A DNA stretch of 61,406 nucleotides from a virus (IMGVR_UViG_3300032323_001121:1-61406), one strand, 5' to 3'; positions 1 to 11,651 are shown, numbered from the stretch's first letter. A program made the numbers and translations. Notes: a model not told the origin generated them from the letters alone.

Positions 1-1
1 A

Positions 2-3000
2 GTTCAAGGTGTTCAGGGAGTTCAAGGAACTATAGGTATCGGTTCTACTGGTGCTCAAGGAACTCAAGGAACTCAAGGAACACAGGGTACTCAGGGTGTT
101 CAAGGAGTTCAAGGAACTCAAGGAGTTCAAGGTGTTCAAGGAATTACTGGTCCAGTAGCAGGTTCTGCTAATCAAGTTGTTTATAAAGATGTTTCAAATA
201 ATCCTGCTGGTTCAGGAAACTTAACATTTGATGGTTCCAATCTTTTTGTTGGTGGAAACATTACTATCGGTGGTACATCAGCATTCCTTGCTGTTAATGA
301 ACTTAGAGTTAAAGATAAAGATATTATACTTGGAATTACAACCAATGCCTCCAATCAGGATGTTTCTACTGATACAACAGCAAATCACGGTGGTATTGCT
401 ATTGCTTCCACAGAAGGCACCCCATTAATTGATATTAATGCTGGTTTACCTACTGATAGCATTCCAACCACATATAAGCAAATTATGTGGTTAAAGTCTG
501 GTTCTTTTACTGGATTGAATACAGATGCTTGGATATTTAATTATGGAGTTGGTATTGGTTCTACTCAAGTTCCTTATGGAGTTAGACTTGCTGCTGGTGC
601 TATTAATGTTTTAGACAATAAACTAAATGTAAACGGTGATATTGATTTTAGTGGATCATTCTACCAAAATGGAAGTCCATTTGTAGCATCAAGATGGTCT
701 GCTGGAACTGGAGATAATATTTACAGATTGAATGGTAATGTTGGTATAGGAACCATAAATCCCCAATCAGCATTAGATGTTCGTGGTGCAATTACCGTTG
801 GTGTAGGAACGGTTGGTATAAATTCCATCACATCAACAACTGATATTCAATCTTGGCATTACACTAACAAATCAAAAACTCCTGGTGATGATACTTCACC
901 ACAAGCAATTTATGTTGGTGCAGCAGGAACTGCAATGTTCATGGTCGGTGATAGTGGAAATGATGTTAATCAATACACACTTTCAACACCTTATGATGTA
1001 AGCACTGCTGGTGTTTCTGTTGGAGTATTCTCTGTTGCAACACAAGAAACTAATCCACTTGGAATTGACTTTAATCCAAGTGGAACAAAAATGTTTATTA
1101 GTGGGCAAACTGGTGTTGCTCCTCTAATTGTAGGTGGTGAATATGTTCACGAATATTCATTATCAACTGCTTGGACGGTATCTAGTGCTGGATACACTAC
1201 GAGTTTTAATGTAACGGCACAAGATACTGCTCCACAAGGAGTTACTTTTGGTGATAGTGGTTCCAAGATGTATGTGGTTGGTGCTACAAATGATGCTGTC
1301 TATCAATATTCACTTTCTACACCATACAGTATTGCTTCTGGTGTAACTTATGATAGTATTTCACTGATCTTAGGAACAAACCCACTTATATTAGAAACTG
1401 CACCAATTGATATTTCATTCAATTCCACAGGAACTGTATTGTGGGTTGTTGGAAGCACTAATGATAGAATTTATGAATTCCGTTTAGGAACTGCTTGGGA
1501 TATTTCTACTGCTGTATTTTATGATGATGTTTATGTTGGATTTAATGAAATCACAGTAACGGGACTTCATGTAATACCAGAACAAAATGTTGCTTATATT
1601 GTTGGTTCTAGTAGTGATACAATATATCAATATTCTACAAATACACCAGCAATTCAGATTGCTTCTAGTGGTATTTCAAGTGAGTCTTCAATTGTCCTGA
1701 ATAATGAAACCAGAGTAAAAGATAAGTTATATGTCAAAGGACTTGCACATTTTGATAATAGCATTCTTACGCAATCAGATCTTACAGTTAATAGTGGTGC
1801 AACTGTTGCTGGTACTGTAACCGCAGGTGCTGTAACTGTAACTGGTACATTAACTGGAAATGCTGCAGTAACTTTTGATACAACCACATCCAATATTAAC
1901 CTAGCAACCTCACAAACCACAGGAACTCTTATACTTGGAGGAACTACAACAGCAACTGGTACAATCACGGTAGGAAGAGGAACAACATCACAAACCACCA
2001 ATATTCAAGCAGGTGTTACAGTTTCAGGTCAACAAAAGACAATCAACTTTGGTACTGGTGGTGCTTCTGGGTCAAGAACTTTAATCACTGTTGGTTCTGC
2101 GACTGCTGGTGCTGCAAGTACTGTTGCAATCAATCCGGGAACTAATTTAATTCTTGGTTTAACAACAGCAACTCCAACAGGAACAACATTACAACCACTT
2201 CAAGTTGGTAGTGCATCAAGTGTTCAAGGTGCTTATGTTTCTGGTAATCTTGGAGTTGGTGTTACAAATCCAGCATATAATATTGATGTAACTGGAAGTG
2301 TTGGAATTACAACAACATCTGGTGATATTTTAATTTTATCTTCTACTCTCTCTAACGGTAGAACCTCAATTATATTAAACACAAATGGAAATGACTGGGA
2401 ATTAGGTTCAAGAGGTTCTGGTGCCTCTCCTATAAACTCTTTCTACATTTATGATAGAAATGCTAGTGCTTATAGACAAGTTATTGACCCATCTGGTAAT
2501 GTTTTATTAGGTGGTACAACAGCAGCAACAGGAACAGCATCACAACCACTTCAAGTATTTGGTGGTGCTTATGTTTCTGGTAATCTTGGAGTTGGTAATA
2601 CTAATGGTGAGGGAATAAAATTATTTGTTTCTCAAGGTGCTCCTGCTGCTAATAGACCTGTTGCTTTAATCACAGACGATGGCACAATACCCACAATGAC
2701 TAGTGGGGCAACTTTAAGAATTTCAAATGATGGTAGTGGTAGTACTTTTGCTTTATTGGAAGCTGAATCTAATGCTGGAAAATTAGTTTTTACTAATGCC
2801 GGTAATCTTGGAGTTGGAACCACCAATCCAAGTTCTACTTTGGATGTTCGTGCTACTGGTGCAACAATAAGAGTACAAAATCCAGCAGTATCAAATTATA
2901 GTGTATTACTTGATGCAAATACTGGTGGTCCAAAAATATCAATTGGACAAAATGGAGATAATGTTTTTATAGACTTTGGTGCTTATACTGGCATCAACAA

Positions 3001-5080
3001 CCTTGATACTAAAAACAGAGACCTAAGAATATTCTCCACTGCCGCACCAAATGCTTTCACTTTACAACAAAGCACAGGAAATATTGGTATAAACACCACA
3101 AATCCATCAGACCCATTAGATGTAAATGGAAATATAAGAGTTCGTTCTGGCCTTAAAGATTATTATGGAAATGTAGGTGCTGCTGGATCTATTTTAACTG
3201 TTGTGGGTGCTGGTGTTGGTGTTTCTTGGACCACTCCATTTGCTGCTGGTCTTCAAGGTGTTCAAGGTACTCAAGGAGTACAAGGTCTTCAAGGACTTCA
3301 AGGTACTCAAGGAACTATAGGTATTGGTTCTACTGGTGCTCAAGGTATCCAAGGAACTCAGGGTCTTCAAGGTCTTCAAGGACTTCAAGGAACTATAGGT
3401 ATTGGTTCTACTGGTGCTCAAGGAGTACAAGGTCTTCAAGGACTTCAAGGACTTCAAGGAACTATAGGTATTGGTTCTACTGGTGCTCAAGGAGTACAAG
3501 GTCTTCAAGGACTTCAAGGTACTCAAGGAACTATAGGTATTGGTTCTACTGGTGCTCAAGGTATCCAAGGAACTCAGGGTACTCAAGGTACTTCTGGTCC
3601 TTCTACAACTATTAATGCTGATGATGATACTTCAACCACAACTCTTTATCCAGTTATGGTTGGGGCAACTGGAAGCAATCAAACTGCAAAAGCAAGAAGT
3701 ACTGCTACTGCACTTAGTTTTAATGCAAGTACTAATGTATTAACTGCTTCTCAACTTGATTTATCGGCAAATGCAACGGCAAATGACTCCGTTCTTTACT
3801 TGTCTGGTACTCCAACTTCAGCAAGTGGTACAAATGGACTCTTTGGTATTGGAGCACTCAATTTCTCTGATACTGATATTATTGCTAATTTTACACATAA
3901 TGTAAATGGTTATGCACAAGTAGTTGTACAAAATAAAAATAGTGGTGCTAGTTCTTCTGCCGATATTATTGTTAATAATGACCGTGCTGCTGGTACAACT
4001 TATTATGGTGACTTTGGTATTAATGGAACCACCTTCTCTGCTGGTGGTGTATTTGGAGATGTTGATGGTACTTATCTTTATGCTGCTGGTGGTACTCTTA
4101 CATTAGGTTCTTTGAATGATTATGCTGTTAAAATTGCTACAAACAATACAGAAAGAGTAAGAATTAATGCAACTGGTGTTGGTATTGGGACCACAAATCC
4201 TCAATCGCAACTTCATATAACAGGGCAGTTCCAATCCACACAAGCAAACTCCACAACAACTGGTGGTGGACAAATCTACCTGAATGGTGCTACAGGAAAT
4301 AGAATTGATTTTAATACGAATGGTGTTGCTGCTCCTGCATTCACAACAAGAAGTGCAGGAACTAAGTTAGTTTTATATCCCAGTATTAGTGGTTCAGGAG
4401 TTGATTTTGCATTTGGTATTCAAAGTGCAACTTTGTGGTCTTCAGTTCCAGAATTTGTATCTGCATACCAATTCCGTTGGTATGGTGGAACCACACAACT
4501 CGCAGACCTCAAAGGAACTGGTGAGTTCTTATTAGGTTCTTCAACTCTCACAGGAACCGCAACACAAAGACTTCAAGTTACTGGTGGTGCTTATGTTTCT
4601 GGTAATCTTGGAGTTGGTGTTACTAATCCAGCATCAAATACCCAAGTCGCAATCGCAGGAACATTTGGTATTAGTGAGGTTGGTGGTGCTGGAACAAGAA
4701 CTTTATTTACTTCAAGCGTTTCTGGGTTCACTCTAAATCATAATGATAATAGTCAAATTACATTCCAGACATTAGGAACTAATAGACTTACATATTCTCA
4801 TTCTTCTAACTTCTGGACTATTCCTGCTGGTATTCCATTCCTTGTAGGAACAGGAACTTCAACAGGAACCGCATCACAAAGACTTCAAGTTGATGGTGGT
4901 GCTTATGTTTCTGGTTCTGTTGGTATTGGAACTGCAAGTCCAGCATTCACAGCAGATATTGCAGGAGACGCAAGAGTAACCTCCACAAACAAAATGAGAT
5001 TTGGTGGAACTGCAGGAACCACAAACTTCTATATACAGTACAACTCAACTGCAAATAGTTTGGACTTTGTAGCAGGATAA
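2..5080 (+). CDS. Long tail fibre protein, 5'-truncated; collagen-like G-X-Q repeats, GNVGIGTTNP fibre repeats and a beta-propeller-like segment
   Basis: The frame of the 485..5080 ORF is open back to nt 2 (VQGVQGVQGTIGIGSTGAQG...). Repeated VGIGTTNP motifs; Gly/Thr/Ser-rich. Confidence 0.85.
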   Translation, partial: VQGVQGVQGTIGIGSTGAQGTQGTQGTQGTQGVQGVQGTQGVQGVQGITGPVAGSANQVVYKDVSNNPAGSGNLTFDGSNLFVGGNITIGGTSAFLAVNELRVKDKDIILGITTNASNQDVSTDTTANHGGIAIASTEGTPLIDINAGLPTDSIPTTYKQIMWLKSGSFTGLNTDAWIFNYGVGIGSTQVPYGVRLAAGAINVLDNKLNVNGDIDFSGSFYQNGSPFVASRWSAGTGDNIYRLNGNVGIGTINPQSALDVRGAITVGVGTVGINSITSTTDIQSWHYTNKSKTPGDDTSPQAIYVGAAGTAMFMVGDSGNDVNQYTLSTPYDVSTAGVSVGVFSVATQETNPLGIDFNPSGTKMFISGQTGVAPLIVGGEYVHEYSLSTAWTVSSAGYTTSFNVTAQDTAPQGVTFGDSGSKMYVVGATNDAVYQYSLSTPYSIASGVTYDSISLILGTNPLILETAPIDISFNSTGTVLWVVGSTNDRIYEFRLGTAWDISTAVFYDDVYVGFNEITVTGLHVIPEQNVAYIVGSSSDTIYQYSTNTPAIQIASSGISSESSIVLNNETRVKDKLYVKGLAHFDNSILTQSDLTVNSGATVAGTVTAGAVTVTGTLTGNAAVTFDTTTSNINLATSQTTGTLILGGTTTATGTITVGRGTTSQTTNIQAGVTVSGQQKTINFGTGGASGSRTLITVGSATAGAASTVAINPGTNLILGLTTATPTGTTLQPLQVGSASSVQGAYVSGNLGVGVTNPAYNIDVTGSVGITTTSGDILILSSTLSNGRTSIILNTNGNDWELGSRGSGASPINSFYIYDRNASAYRQVIDPSGNVLLGGTTAATGTASQPLQVFGGAYVSGNLGVGNTNGEGIKLFVSQGAPAANRPVALITDDGTIPTMTSGATLRISNDGSGSTFALLEAESNAGKLVFTNAGNLGVGTTNPSSTLDVRATGATIRVQNPAVSNYSVLLDANTGGPKISIGQNGDNVFIDFGAYTGINNLDTKNRDLRIFSTAAPNAFTLQQSTGNIGINTTNPSDPLDVNGNIRVRSGLKDYYGNVGAAGSILTVVGAGVGVSWTTPFAAGLQGVQGTQGVQGLQGLQGTQGTIGIGSTGAQGIQGTQGLQGLQGLQGTIGIGSTGAQGVQGLQGLQGLQGTIGIGSTGAQGVQGLQGLQGTQGTIGIGSTGAQGIQGTQGTQGTSGPSTTINADDDTSTTTLYPVMVGATGSNQTAKARSTATALSFNASTNVLTASQLDLSANATANDSVLYLSGTPTSASGTNGLFGIGALNFSDTDIIANFTHNVNGYAQVVVQNKNSGASSSADIIVNNDRAAGTTYYGDFGINGTTFSAGGVFGDVDGTYLYAAGGTLTLGSLNDYAVKIATNNTERVRINATGVGIGTTNPQSQLHITGQFQSTQANSTTTGGGQIYLNGATGNRIDFNTNGVAAPAFTTRSAGTKLVLYPSISGSGVDFAFGIQSATLWSSVPEFVSAYQFRWYGGTTQLADLKGTGEFLLGSSTLTGTATQRLQVTGGAYVSGNLGVGVTNPASNTQVAIAGTFGISEVGGAGTRTLFTSSVSGFTLNHNDNSQITFQTLGTNRLTYSHSSNFWTIPAGIPFLVGTGTSTGTASQRLQVDGGAYVSGSVGIGTASPAFTADIAGDARVTSTNKMRFGGTAGTTNFYIQYNSTANSLDFVAG
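3248..3597 (+). repeat. Collagen-like tandem repeat (QGxQG / TIGIGSTGAQG units), also at 1-150
   Basis: Repeated caaggtactcaaggaactataggtattggttctactggtgctcaagg units. Confidence 0.9.
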
Positions 5081-5084
5081 TATT

Positions 5085-5864
5085 ATGGGTGTTGTAGGAA
5101 GATTAGACCAATATGCATCAATGCTCGCAACTGAGTTTGATGATTACTCTATGAGTGAGAACTTAGTTACTGATAATGCAACAGATTTTAATTATTCTTT
5201 TAATAATCAAATAATAGCAACTGCAAATGATATTGCTCCTGATGGCAGAACAGTTTTATGTAAGCACGATTTAACAGGTGCATCCTCACCATTTCTTAAT
5301 TGTAGAGCAAATCTAACATTAACTGCGGGCACTTATACGATGTCTATGTACTTGAAAGGCACTACAAGTTATAGTGCTTCTTTTGCTTTTGTTGGTGAAA
5401 CTACAAATGAGATATACTCAAATACAGCAAATATAACAACTGCGTGGCAAAGATTTACTCTAACTTTCACTTTGATTGCAACTCAAACTTCATCAAGACT
5501 TCAATTATTTTTTAGTACTCAAGGACAGGGAAAAGTTGTTTCTGTTTTGGAGGCACAATTGGAAAGAGGTTCAGTAGCAACGGACTATACATCAAGACCA
5601 TCAGGTACAGCAATCAATAGAGTTTTACCAGCAACAACAAACACAAACATCACAGGACTTGGAACATATTATAGTTCTGGATTTGATGAGAATGTTGGTT
5701 TTACTACTTTTCTTTCTGCAAATATCTTTCCTCCTTATGACCTTGTATATGATGAATTTGGAGGAACTCTATTTGGTGCAGGGCAAGGAAGATATATGAG
5801 ACAAAATACTGATAAGTCGGTGATTGTTTATAATGAGATTGATGAAGTCACAACTATTTACTAA
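5085..5864 (+). CDS. Virion-associated protein with CBM-like beta-sandwich
   Basis: ORF with YTMSMYLKG...WQRFTLTFT...AQLERGSVATDY, typical of phage CBM-like domains. Confidence 0.6.
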   Translation: MGVVGRLDQYASMLATEFDDYSMSENLVTDNATDFNYSFNNQIIATANDIAPDGRTVLCKHDLTGASSPFLNCRANLTLTAGTYTMSMYLKGTTSYSASFAFVGETTNEIYSNTANITTAWQRFTLTFTLIATQTSSRLQLFFSTQGQGKVVSVLEAQLERGSVATDYTSRPSGTAINRVLPATTNTNITGLGTYYSSGFDENVGFTTFLSANIFPPYDLVYDEFGGTLFGAGQGRYMRQNTDKSVIVYNEIDEVTTIY

Positions 5865-5895
5865 CACATAAATATAACAAAGGTATTCATTAATT

Positions 5896-8800
5896 ATGGC
5901 AAGAAAGGCAATACTGGAAACTGGATATACATTCACTCCTTCCACAAATACTATCGTTATTCCTCGTGTTATACCAAGGGAACGATTAATACTGATTACC
6001 AATGTAACGACGAACACGGTAATCTATAATTTCTCTGACTCAAACCTAAAAGCAAATACTTATACTGTATCAACGACTGGTGGTACGAATACAACCACAT
6101 TAGTATTGAATTATAATACTTCTGGAATGTTGAGTACTGATAAACTTCAAATCACCGTAGATGAGTATGATGAGAAGTTTACACCTTCTGAAGTATATGT
6201 AGACCCAGTAAACAAGTTCCGTACATCATCACCACAAGCACTGATTGATACTGACTTTGAGTATGGTACTCAAATCTCCAAGTGGGAGAATATTGCAATG
6301 ATTAACAATCGTCCTTTTGCCTTTCCTTCCTCAGTAGGTATAACTGGAATTGGTACAATGACACTACCAACCAATTCCAGAACAGTCACAGTTTTAGTTG
6401 GTGCGAGTGGAACTACAACCGTTCCTGGAATTGGAACAGCAATTACGGTACAGGATACTTATTTGAATATTGCAAATGGAAACTTCATTATAGAAAGTGT
6501 TGGTGCTGGTAGAACAAACTTTACATATACCGCAAGAGCAACAAATACTGGATTAGTCACTAGTATTTTTGATCCTAATAAGACTGGTATTTTTAGTGGA
6601 ACAGTTTATTCTGGTGCTGCGATTGGGGGAACTCCAACATTTACCTCTGTTGGAACTGCGGTCACTGTAACTACATCAGTTCCTCACGGACTTGCAATTG
6701 GAAATGAGGTTTCGATTGTTGGAACTTCACAGACAAATGCAAATGGTTCTCATATTGTTTCTGGTATTACAAGTTCAAGAACCTTTACTTATTATACAAA
6801 TACTGCACCAGGAGGAGCTCCAAGTGGTGGTTTAGTTTATGTAAGACCACAAGGACAATTTTTACATAGACCATTTGATGGTGGAGTATTCTTTACAAGT
6901 AATGCAAATGGTAACTTTGAGACGGCAACTCGTCAAACAAGAAGATATTTCCGTTATCAATCTGGTAAGGGTCTTCAAGTTAGTTCTGGTACAATTATCA
7001 AACCAAATCTACAAATTGATTCACTAACTGCTACTGGAATCAGTATTGGTAGTACAATTAATGTACAAACAAAAGAACAACACAATATTCAGGCAGCAAC
7101 TCCAGGAACTCAAATCACAATTATTGGTGCAGACCAAACTGGATATAATCAAACTTATAGTGTAACTTCTGTAACTGGTTATAATACTTTCCAAGTGACT
7201 GCAACTGCAGGACTTACAACTACAACAGCATCTGGTAATTATAGTTGTAATGTTGCGAGTTGGTATGGATGTGCAAATCGTCTTGGAATATTTGATTCTC
7301 AAAACGGCATTTTCTTTGAGTTTGATGGACAAACACTCTTTGCAGTTCGTAGAAGTTCTACCTTCCAACTCGCAGGTAAAGTAACTGTAACGAGTGGAAT
7401 CAATACAGTAACACAAACAAATGCGTCATTCCCAACGGCATTTTCAAAACAACTGAATATTGGAGATTTTGTTGTTCTTCGTGGTCAATCCTATCGTGTT
7501 GTTGATATTGCAAGTGATACAAGTTTGACGATTTCTCCTTCTTATAGAGGAGCATCGGCAGAATACGTCATTATGTCAGAAACAATTGATACAAAATATC
7601 CACAATCATCCTGGAATATTGATAAGTGTGATGGTACTGGACCTTCTGGTTATAACATTGACCTCACCAAGATGCAGATGTTCTATATGGACTATTCTTG
7701 GTATGGTGCTGGATTTATTCGTTGGGGATTTAGAGGTCCAGATGGTAATGTATTTTATTGTCATAAAGTTATAAACAATAATGTCAATACCGAAGCATAT
7801 ATGCGTTCTGGCAACCTACCAGCACGTTATGAAAGTGAAAGCAGACCACCAACAACTCAAATCAATACTTCTTTAGGTGCATCTGATACTACTGTTGGTG
7901 TAGCAAGTACTGCAGGTTTCCCACCTGCTGGAACATTACTGATTAGAAATGCAGAAATTTATGAGTATGTGAATTATACTGGTATTGGTACAACTGCATT
8001 TACTGGATTAACCAGAGGAAAATCTGGTAATACTTCTCTTGCTCTTACGGTTGCAGCAAGTTCAAATGTAGCAACTGCAACTACAACAAACCTACAAGTT
8101 GGGCAAAGAATTATAGGTGCTGGAAACACAGGTTTCCCCGAGGGTACTTATATTAGTGCTATTGGTTCTGGAACTATCACATTAAGTAATGCAGCAACAG
8201 GAGTAAACCCAACAGTGCGAGCAGTTCCAATGGGTTCACCAGTTGGAGTAGCATTTACTTATTCTCCAACTGACCCTGTTGCTGTTGAACTTGCATTCCC
8301 AACTTATGGGCCTTCTATTTCTCACTGGGGTACTAGTGTGATTATGGATGGACGATTTGATGATGATAAATCTTTGGTCTTTGTTTATGGTCAGTCTAAT
8401 GCACTTGCTATTGGAGCAAGTTCAACCAGAGCACTATTTTCAATTCGTGTATCACCTTCTGTTGATAATGGTATCTCTGCAGGATTTGGTTCAAGAGAAT
8501 TGATTAATAGAATGCAATTAACACTTAGGGCACTTGATGTTGCTGCAATTCCTCAATCAGGTAATGCAAACTTACTTGTTCAGGCATTTTTGAATGGAAC
8601 TCCAAGTACTGCAACAACTTGGACAAATGCTGTTGGTAATGTTACTGGTCGTATCAATTCATCTCTTGCACAAATTGCAGATTATGCTGGTATTACTACT
8701 ACAACTGTAAGTGGTGGTGAGGTTACTGCTGGTTTCTTCGTGGGTTCTGGTGCAAACTCAATTGACCTTTCACAAGTTAGAGATCTTGGTAATTCAATTA

Positions 8801-8937
8801 TTGGTGGTGGAGGAACTACTGCTAATACTCAAATTTATCCAGACGGACCTGACACACTATCAATTGTGGTTACTAACCTTACATCAATACCTTGTAATGT
8901 GTTTGGTCGTTTATCCTGGACAGAGGCACAAGCATAA
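5896..8937 (+). CDS. Large virion structural/tail-associated protein
   Basis: 1013 aa, Thr/Gly-rich; late-promoter-like TAAATA at ~5868. Confidence 0.7.
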   Translation: MARKAILETGYTFTPSTNTIVIPRVIPRERLILITNVTTNTVIYNFSDSNLKANTYTVSTTGGTNTTTLVLNYNTSGMLSTDKLQITVDEYDEKFTPSEVYVDPVNKFRTSSPQALIDTDFEYGTQISKWENIAMINNRPFAFPSSVGITGIGTMTLPTNSRTVTVLVGASGTTTVPGIGTAITVQDTYLNIANGNFIIESVGAGRTNFTYTARATNTGLVTSIFDPNKTGIFSGTVYSGAAIGGTPTFTSVGTAVTVTTSVPHGLAIGNEVSIVGTSQTNANGSHIVSGITSSRTFTYYTNTAPGGAPSGGLVYVRPQGQFLHRPFDGGVFFTSNANGNFETATRQTRRYFRYQSGKGLQVSSGTIIKPNLQIDSLTATGISIGSTINVQTKEQHNIQAATPGTQITIIGADQTGYNQTYSVTSVTGYNTFQVTATAGLTTTTASGNYSCNVASWYGCANRLGIFDSQNGIFFEFDGQTLFAVRRSSTFQLAGKVTVTSGINTVTQTNASFPTAFSKQLNIGDFVVLRGQSYRVVDIASDTSLTISPSYRGASAEYVIMSETIDTKYPQSSWNIDKCDGTGPSGYNIDLTKMQMFYMDYSWYGAGFIRWGFRGPDGNVFYCHKVINNNVNTEAYMRSGNLPARYESESRPPTTQINTSLGASDTTVGVASTAGFPPAGTLLIRNAEIYEYVNYTGIGTTAFTGLTRGKSGNTSLALTVAASSNVATATTTNLQVGQRIIGAGNTGFPEGTYISAIGSGTITLSNAATGVNPTVRAVPMGSPVGVAFTYSPTDPVAVELAFPTYGPSISHWGTSVIMDGRFDDDKSLVFVYGQSNALAIGASSTRALFSIRVSPSVDNGISAGFGSRELINRMQLTLRALDVAAIPQSGNANLLVQAFLNGTPSTATTWTNAVGNVTGRINSSLAQIADYAGITTTTVSGGEVTAGFFVGSGANSIDLSQVRDLGNSIIGGGGTTANTQIYPDGPDTLSIVVTNLTSIPCNVFGRLSWTEAQA

Positions 8938-8940
8938 TAG

Positions 8941-9348
8941 ATGGCAAAACTTAAATCTGGCACACGAATTTACGGAACCGCAACGATTGATACGAGTGTT
9001 GTTGTAGGTTCTGGTGTTACTATTACAACAAATGGAATTAATGTAGTTGGTGTTGTAACTGCTACTGATTTCAACTCAGCATCAGATTTAAGTTTAAAAA
9101 CTAATATACAATCAATATCAAATCCAATTGATAAAATTCTTCAAATTAATGGTGTAACATTTAATTGGAGGGAGAGCAACAAACCTTCTGTTGGTATTAT
9201 TGCACAAGAGATTGAAAAAGTTTTTCCAGAATTAGTAAATGGAGAAAATCCAAAAACAGTGAATTATAATGGATTGATTGGATTATTAATTGAAGCAATC
9301 AAGGAACAACAAACTGAAATAAATAATCTTAAAGATAAACTAAAATAA
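8941..9348 (+). CDS. Tail fibre protein with intramolecular chaperone (peptidase S74-like) domain
   Basis: SDLSLKTNI...GIIAQEIEKVFPELV...VNYNGLIGLLIEAIKE plus coiled coil. Confidence 0.85.
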   Translation: MAKLKSGTRIYGTATIDTSVVVGSGVTITTNGINVVGVVTATDFNSASDLSLKTNIQSISNPIDKILQINGVTFNWRESNKPSVGIIAQEIEKVFPELVNGENPKTVNYNGLIGLLIEAIKEQQTEINNLKDKLK

Positions 9349-9367
9349 AAAATTTGATTAAATTATT

Positions 9368-10342
9368 ATGAGTTTCGCAAAACTTGCATTAGAAAATGGT
9401 GGAAGTATTCATCCATTAATTATTCCCGCACATTTAACAAATGGGACAGGAATAATGAACCCATCAGTTTTTGTTGATGGAGATAAAATTCTTTTAAATT
9501 TACGTCACGTTAATTATACTTTTTATCATTCGGAAGAAAAACTTTTTCAGCATCAATTTGGTCCATTAACTTACGTGCATCCAGAGCACGATATGCATTT
9601 GAGGACTGATAATTATTATTTGGAATTAAATGATAATTTTGAGATTACTAGATACAATAAAGTCGATACTTCTAAATTTGATACATATGAACCTCAATGG
9701 GAATTTGTTGGACTAGAAGATGCAAGAATATTTCGTTGGGAAGATAAACTTTATCTTTCTGGTGTTCGTAGAGATACTACTACAAATGGTGAGGGAAGAA
9801 TGGAACTCTCTGAAATTGTAGTCAAAGAAAATACAGTAGAAGAAGTTTCAAGATTTCGTATTCCTCCACCAAATGACCCGAATTCTTATTGTGAAAAAAA
9901 TTGGATGCCTTTTTTAGATATTCCCTATCATTATGTGAAATGGTCTAATCCAACTGAAGTAGTAAAGGTAGACCCAGAAAAACAAACTTCACAAACAGTT
10001 CATATGGGAGAATGGATTAATCTTCCCAGAGATTTGAGGGGTGGTTCTCAAATTATTACTTCTGGTGATTATTATATTACCATTACACATGAAGTAGATT
10101 TATTCAATAGTGAAGTTGGAAGAAAAGATGCTGTTTATAGGCATCGTTTTGTTGTATGGGATAAGAAATGGAATATGGTAAAGTATTCTAAAGATTTTTC
10201 ATTTATGACTGGGCACGTTGAATTTTGCGTAGGACTAGCAGAATATAAGGATGATGTATTAATTACGTTTAGTTTTCAGGACAATGCAGCATATTTACTT
10301 CGTTGCCCCATTCAAGTTATAGAGGATTTTATTGATGAATAA
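9368..10342 (+). CDS. Putative GH130-like glycosidase/beta-propeller protein
   Basis: MNPS, GLEDARIF, EKNWMPF, LRGGSQ and VEFCVGL motifs. Confidence 0.55.
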   Translation: MSFAKLALENGGSIHPLIIPAHLTNGTGIMNPSVFVDGDKILLNLRHVNYTFYHSEEKLFQHQFGPLTYVHPEHDMHLRTDNYYLELNDNFEITRYNKVDTSKFDTYEPQWEFVGLEDARIFRWEDKLYLSGVRRDTTTNGEGRMELSEIVVKENTVEEVSRFRIPPPNDPNSYCEKNWMPFLDIPYHYVKWSNPTEVVKVDPEKQTSQTVHMGEWINLPRDLRGGSQIITSGDYYITITHEVDLFNSEVGRKDAVYRHRFVVWDKKWNMVKYSKDFSFMTGHVEFCVGLAEYKDDVLITFSFQDNAAYLLRCPIQVIEDFIDE

Positions 10343-11651
10343 GTTTCAAAACTTTCCTCCAGTATATTATATTTCTCTTGAGGATTCATACGAAAGACAA
10401 AATAGTATGAATCTTCAATTAGATTCATTGGGTATTACAAATAAAACAATGATTACTGCTTATGATGGAAGAAATGTAGATTATAAAGACAATGAATTGG
10501 TTGAAGGACTGCATTTCAATCAAATGGATTCAGTTCAAATTGCTGCTTCATTGTCTCACGTAAAAGCAATTAAACAATGGTATTATGAATCTAACACTCC
10601 ATATGCTTTTTTCTTTGAAGATGATGTGACTTTTAAATCAAGTCAATATTGGAATTTTACTTGGGATGATTTGCTGATTAGTCTTCCTAAAAATTGGAAA
10701 GTGATACAACTTGCATTAATTAAGGAAGATGGTATAAAAGAAACAGATATGAAGTTTCATTCAAGAAATTGGTGGAATTGGTCTGCTGGTGCTTATTTGA
10801 TTACAAGAGAATATGCAAAAGTATTAATAGATAATTTCTGTAATGAAAATAGATATAAATTAAAAATCAATAAAGATTTAAGATTAATCCCTTTGGTTGA
10901 AAATGTAATTTATATTACAGCAGGAACCGATTCATATACTTTTCCGTTATTTACAGAAGATACAAAGCACCCATCAACAATAAGAAAAGAAAATTCAGGT
11001 CAAAATATTCACGATAAGAATTCTCAATTTATTTTAAATTGGTGGAAAACAAATGGAAAAACATTTAAACTCCAAGAACACAACACAGAAGAAGATAAAA
11101 TAAATATACTTCTTTATAATTACATTCAAAATCCAGAACTTGCTGAAAATAATTTCAATCTTGCAATTTATTATGAAAATATAGGTCAAACTGCATCAGC
11201 AGTTTCTTATTATCTAAGAACAGCAGAAAGAACACAAGATAAACTATTACAATATGAATGTTTACTTCGTGCTTCGATTTGTTTTGATAAACAAGGTTCT
11301 AGAAATTTTACGGTAAAGGGATTATTACAAAATGCAATTTCAATTCTTCCCAAAAGACCAGAAGGATATTATTTACTTGCAAAGTTTTATAGTAAAGAAA
11401 ATAAAGATGGTTGTTGGAATGATTGTTATTTGATTTCTACAATTGCAGAAAGTATAGTTGATAAAGATTGTAAAGAATTAAACAATAATGTTTCTTACTC
11501 AGGATTTCATAATATTCTTTATTATAAAGCAATTTCAAGTTGGTGGTGCGGATTATGTAGTGAATCTAAAAAAATATTTACTAAAATTTTGATTGATTAT
11601 GATATGAGTGAAAGTGAAATTCAAGTATGTAAAGAATACTTGAATAAATAA
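10332..11651 (+). CDS. Glycosyltransferase family 25 fused to a TPR-like C-terminal domain
   Basis: YYISL..S.ER, SLSHVKAI, FFEDD, AGAYLI; helical C-terminus with RPEGYYLLA. Confidence 0.75.
   Translation: MMNKFQNFPPVYYISLEDSYERQNSMNLQLDSLGITNKTMITAYDGRNVDYKDNELVEGLHFNQMDSVQIAASLSHVKAIKQWYYESNTPYAFFFEDDVTFKSSQYWNFTWDDLLISLPKNWKVIQLALIKEDGIKETDMKFHSRNWWNWSAGAYLITREYAKVLIDNFCNENRYKLKINKDLRLIPLVENVIYITAGTDSYTFPLFTEDTKHPSTIRKENSGQNIHDKNSQFILNWWKTNGKTFKLQEHNTEEDKINILLYNYIQNPELAENNFNLAIYYENIGQTASAVSYYLRTAERTQDKLLQYECLLRASICFDKQGSRNFTVKGLLQNAISILPKRPEGYYLLAKFYSKENKDGCWNDCYLISTIAESIVDKDCKELNNNVSYSGFHNILYYKAISSWWCGLCSESKKIFTKILIDYDMSESEIQVCKEYLNK

Noticed and set aside
485-487. ATG at 485 as start of the tail fibre gene
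   Set aside because: The frame is open from nt 2 with the same collagen-like repeats, so the gene starts upstream of the window.
3194-3743. Alternative-frame ORFs 3194-3586(-), 3226-3615(+), 3540-3743(+)
   Set aside because: Shadows of the collagen-like repeat.
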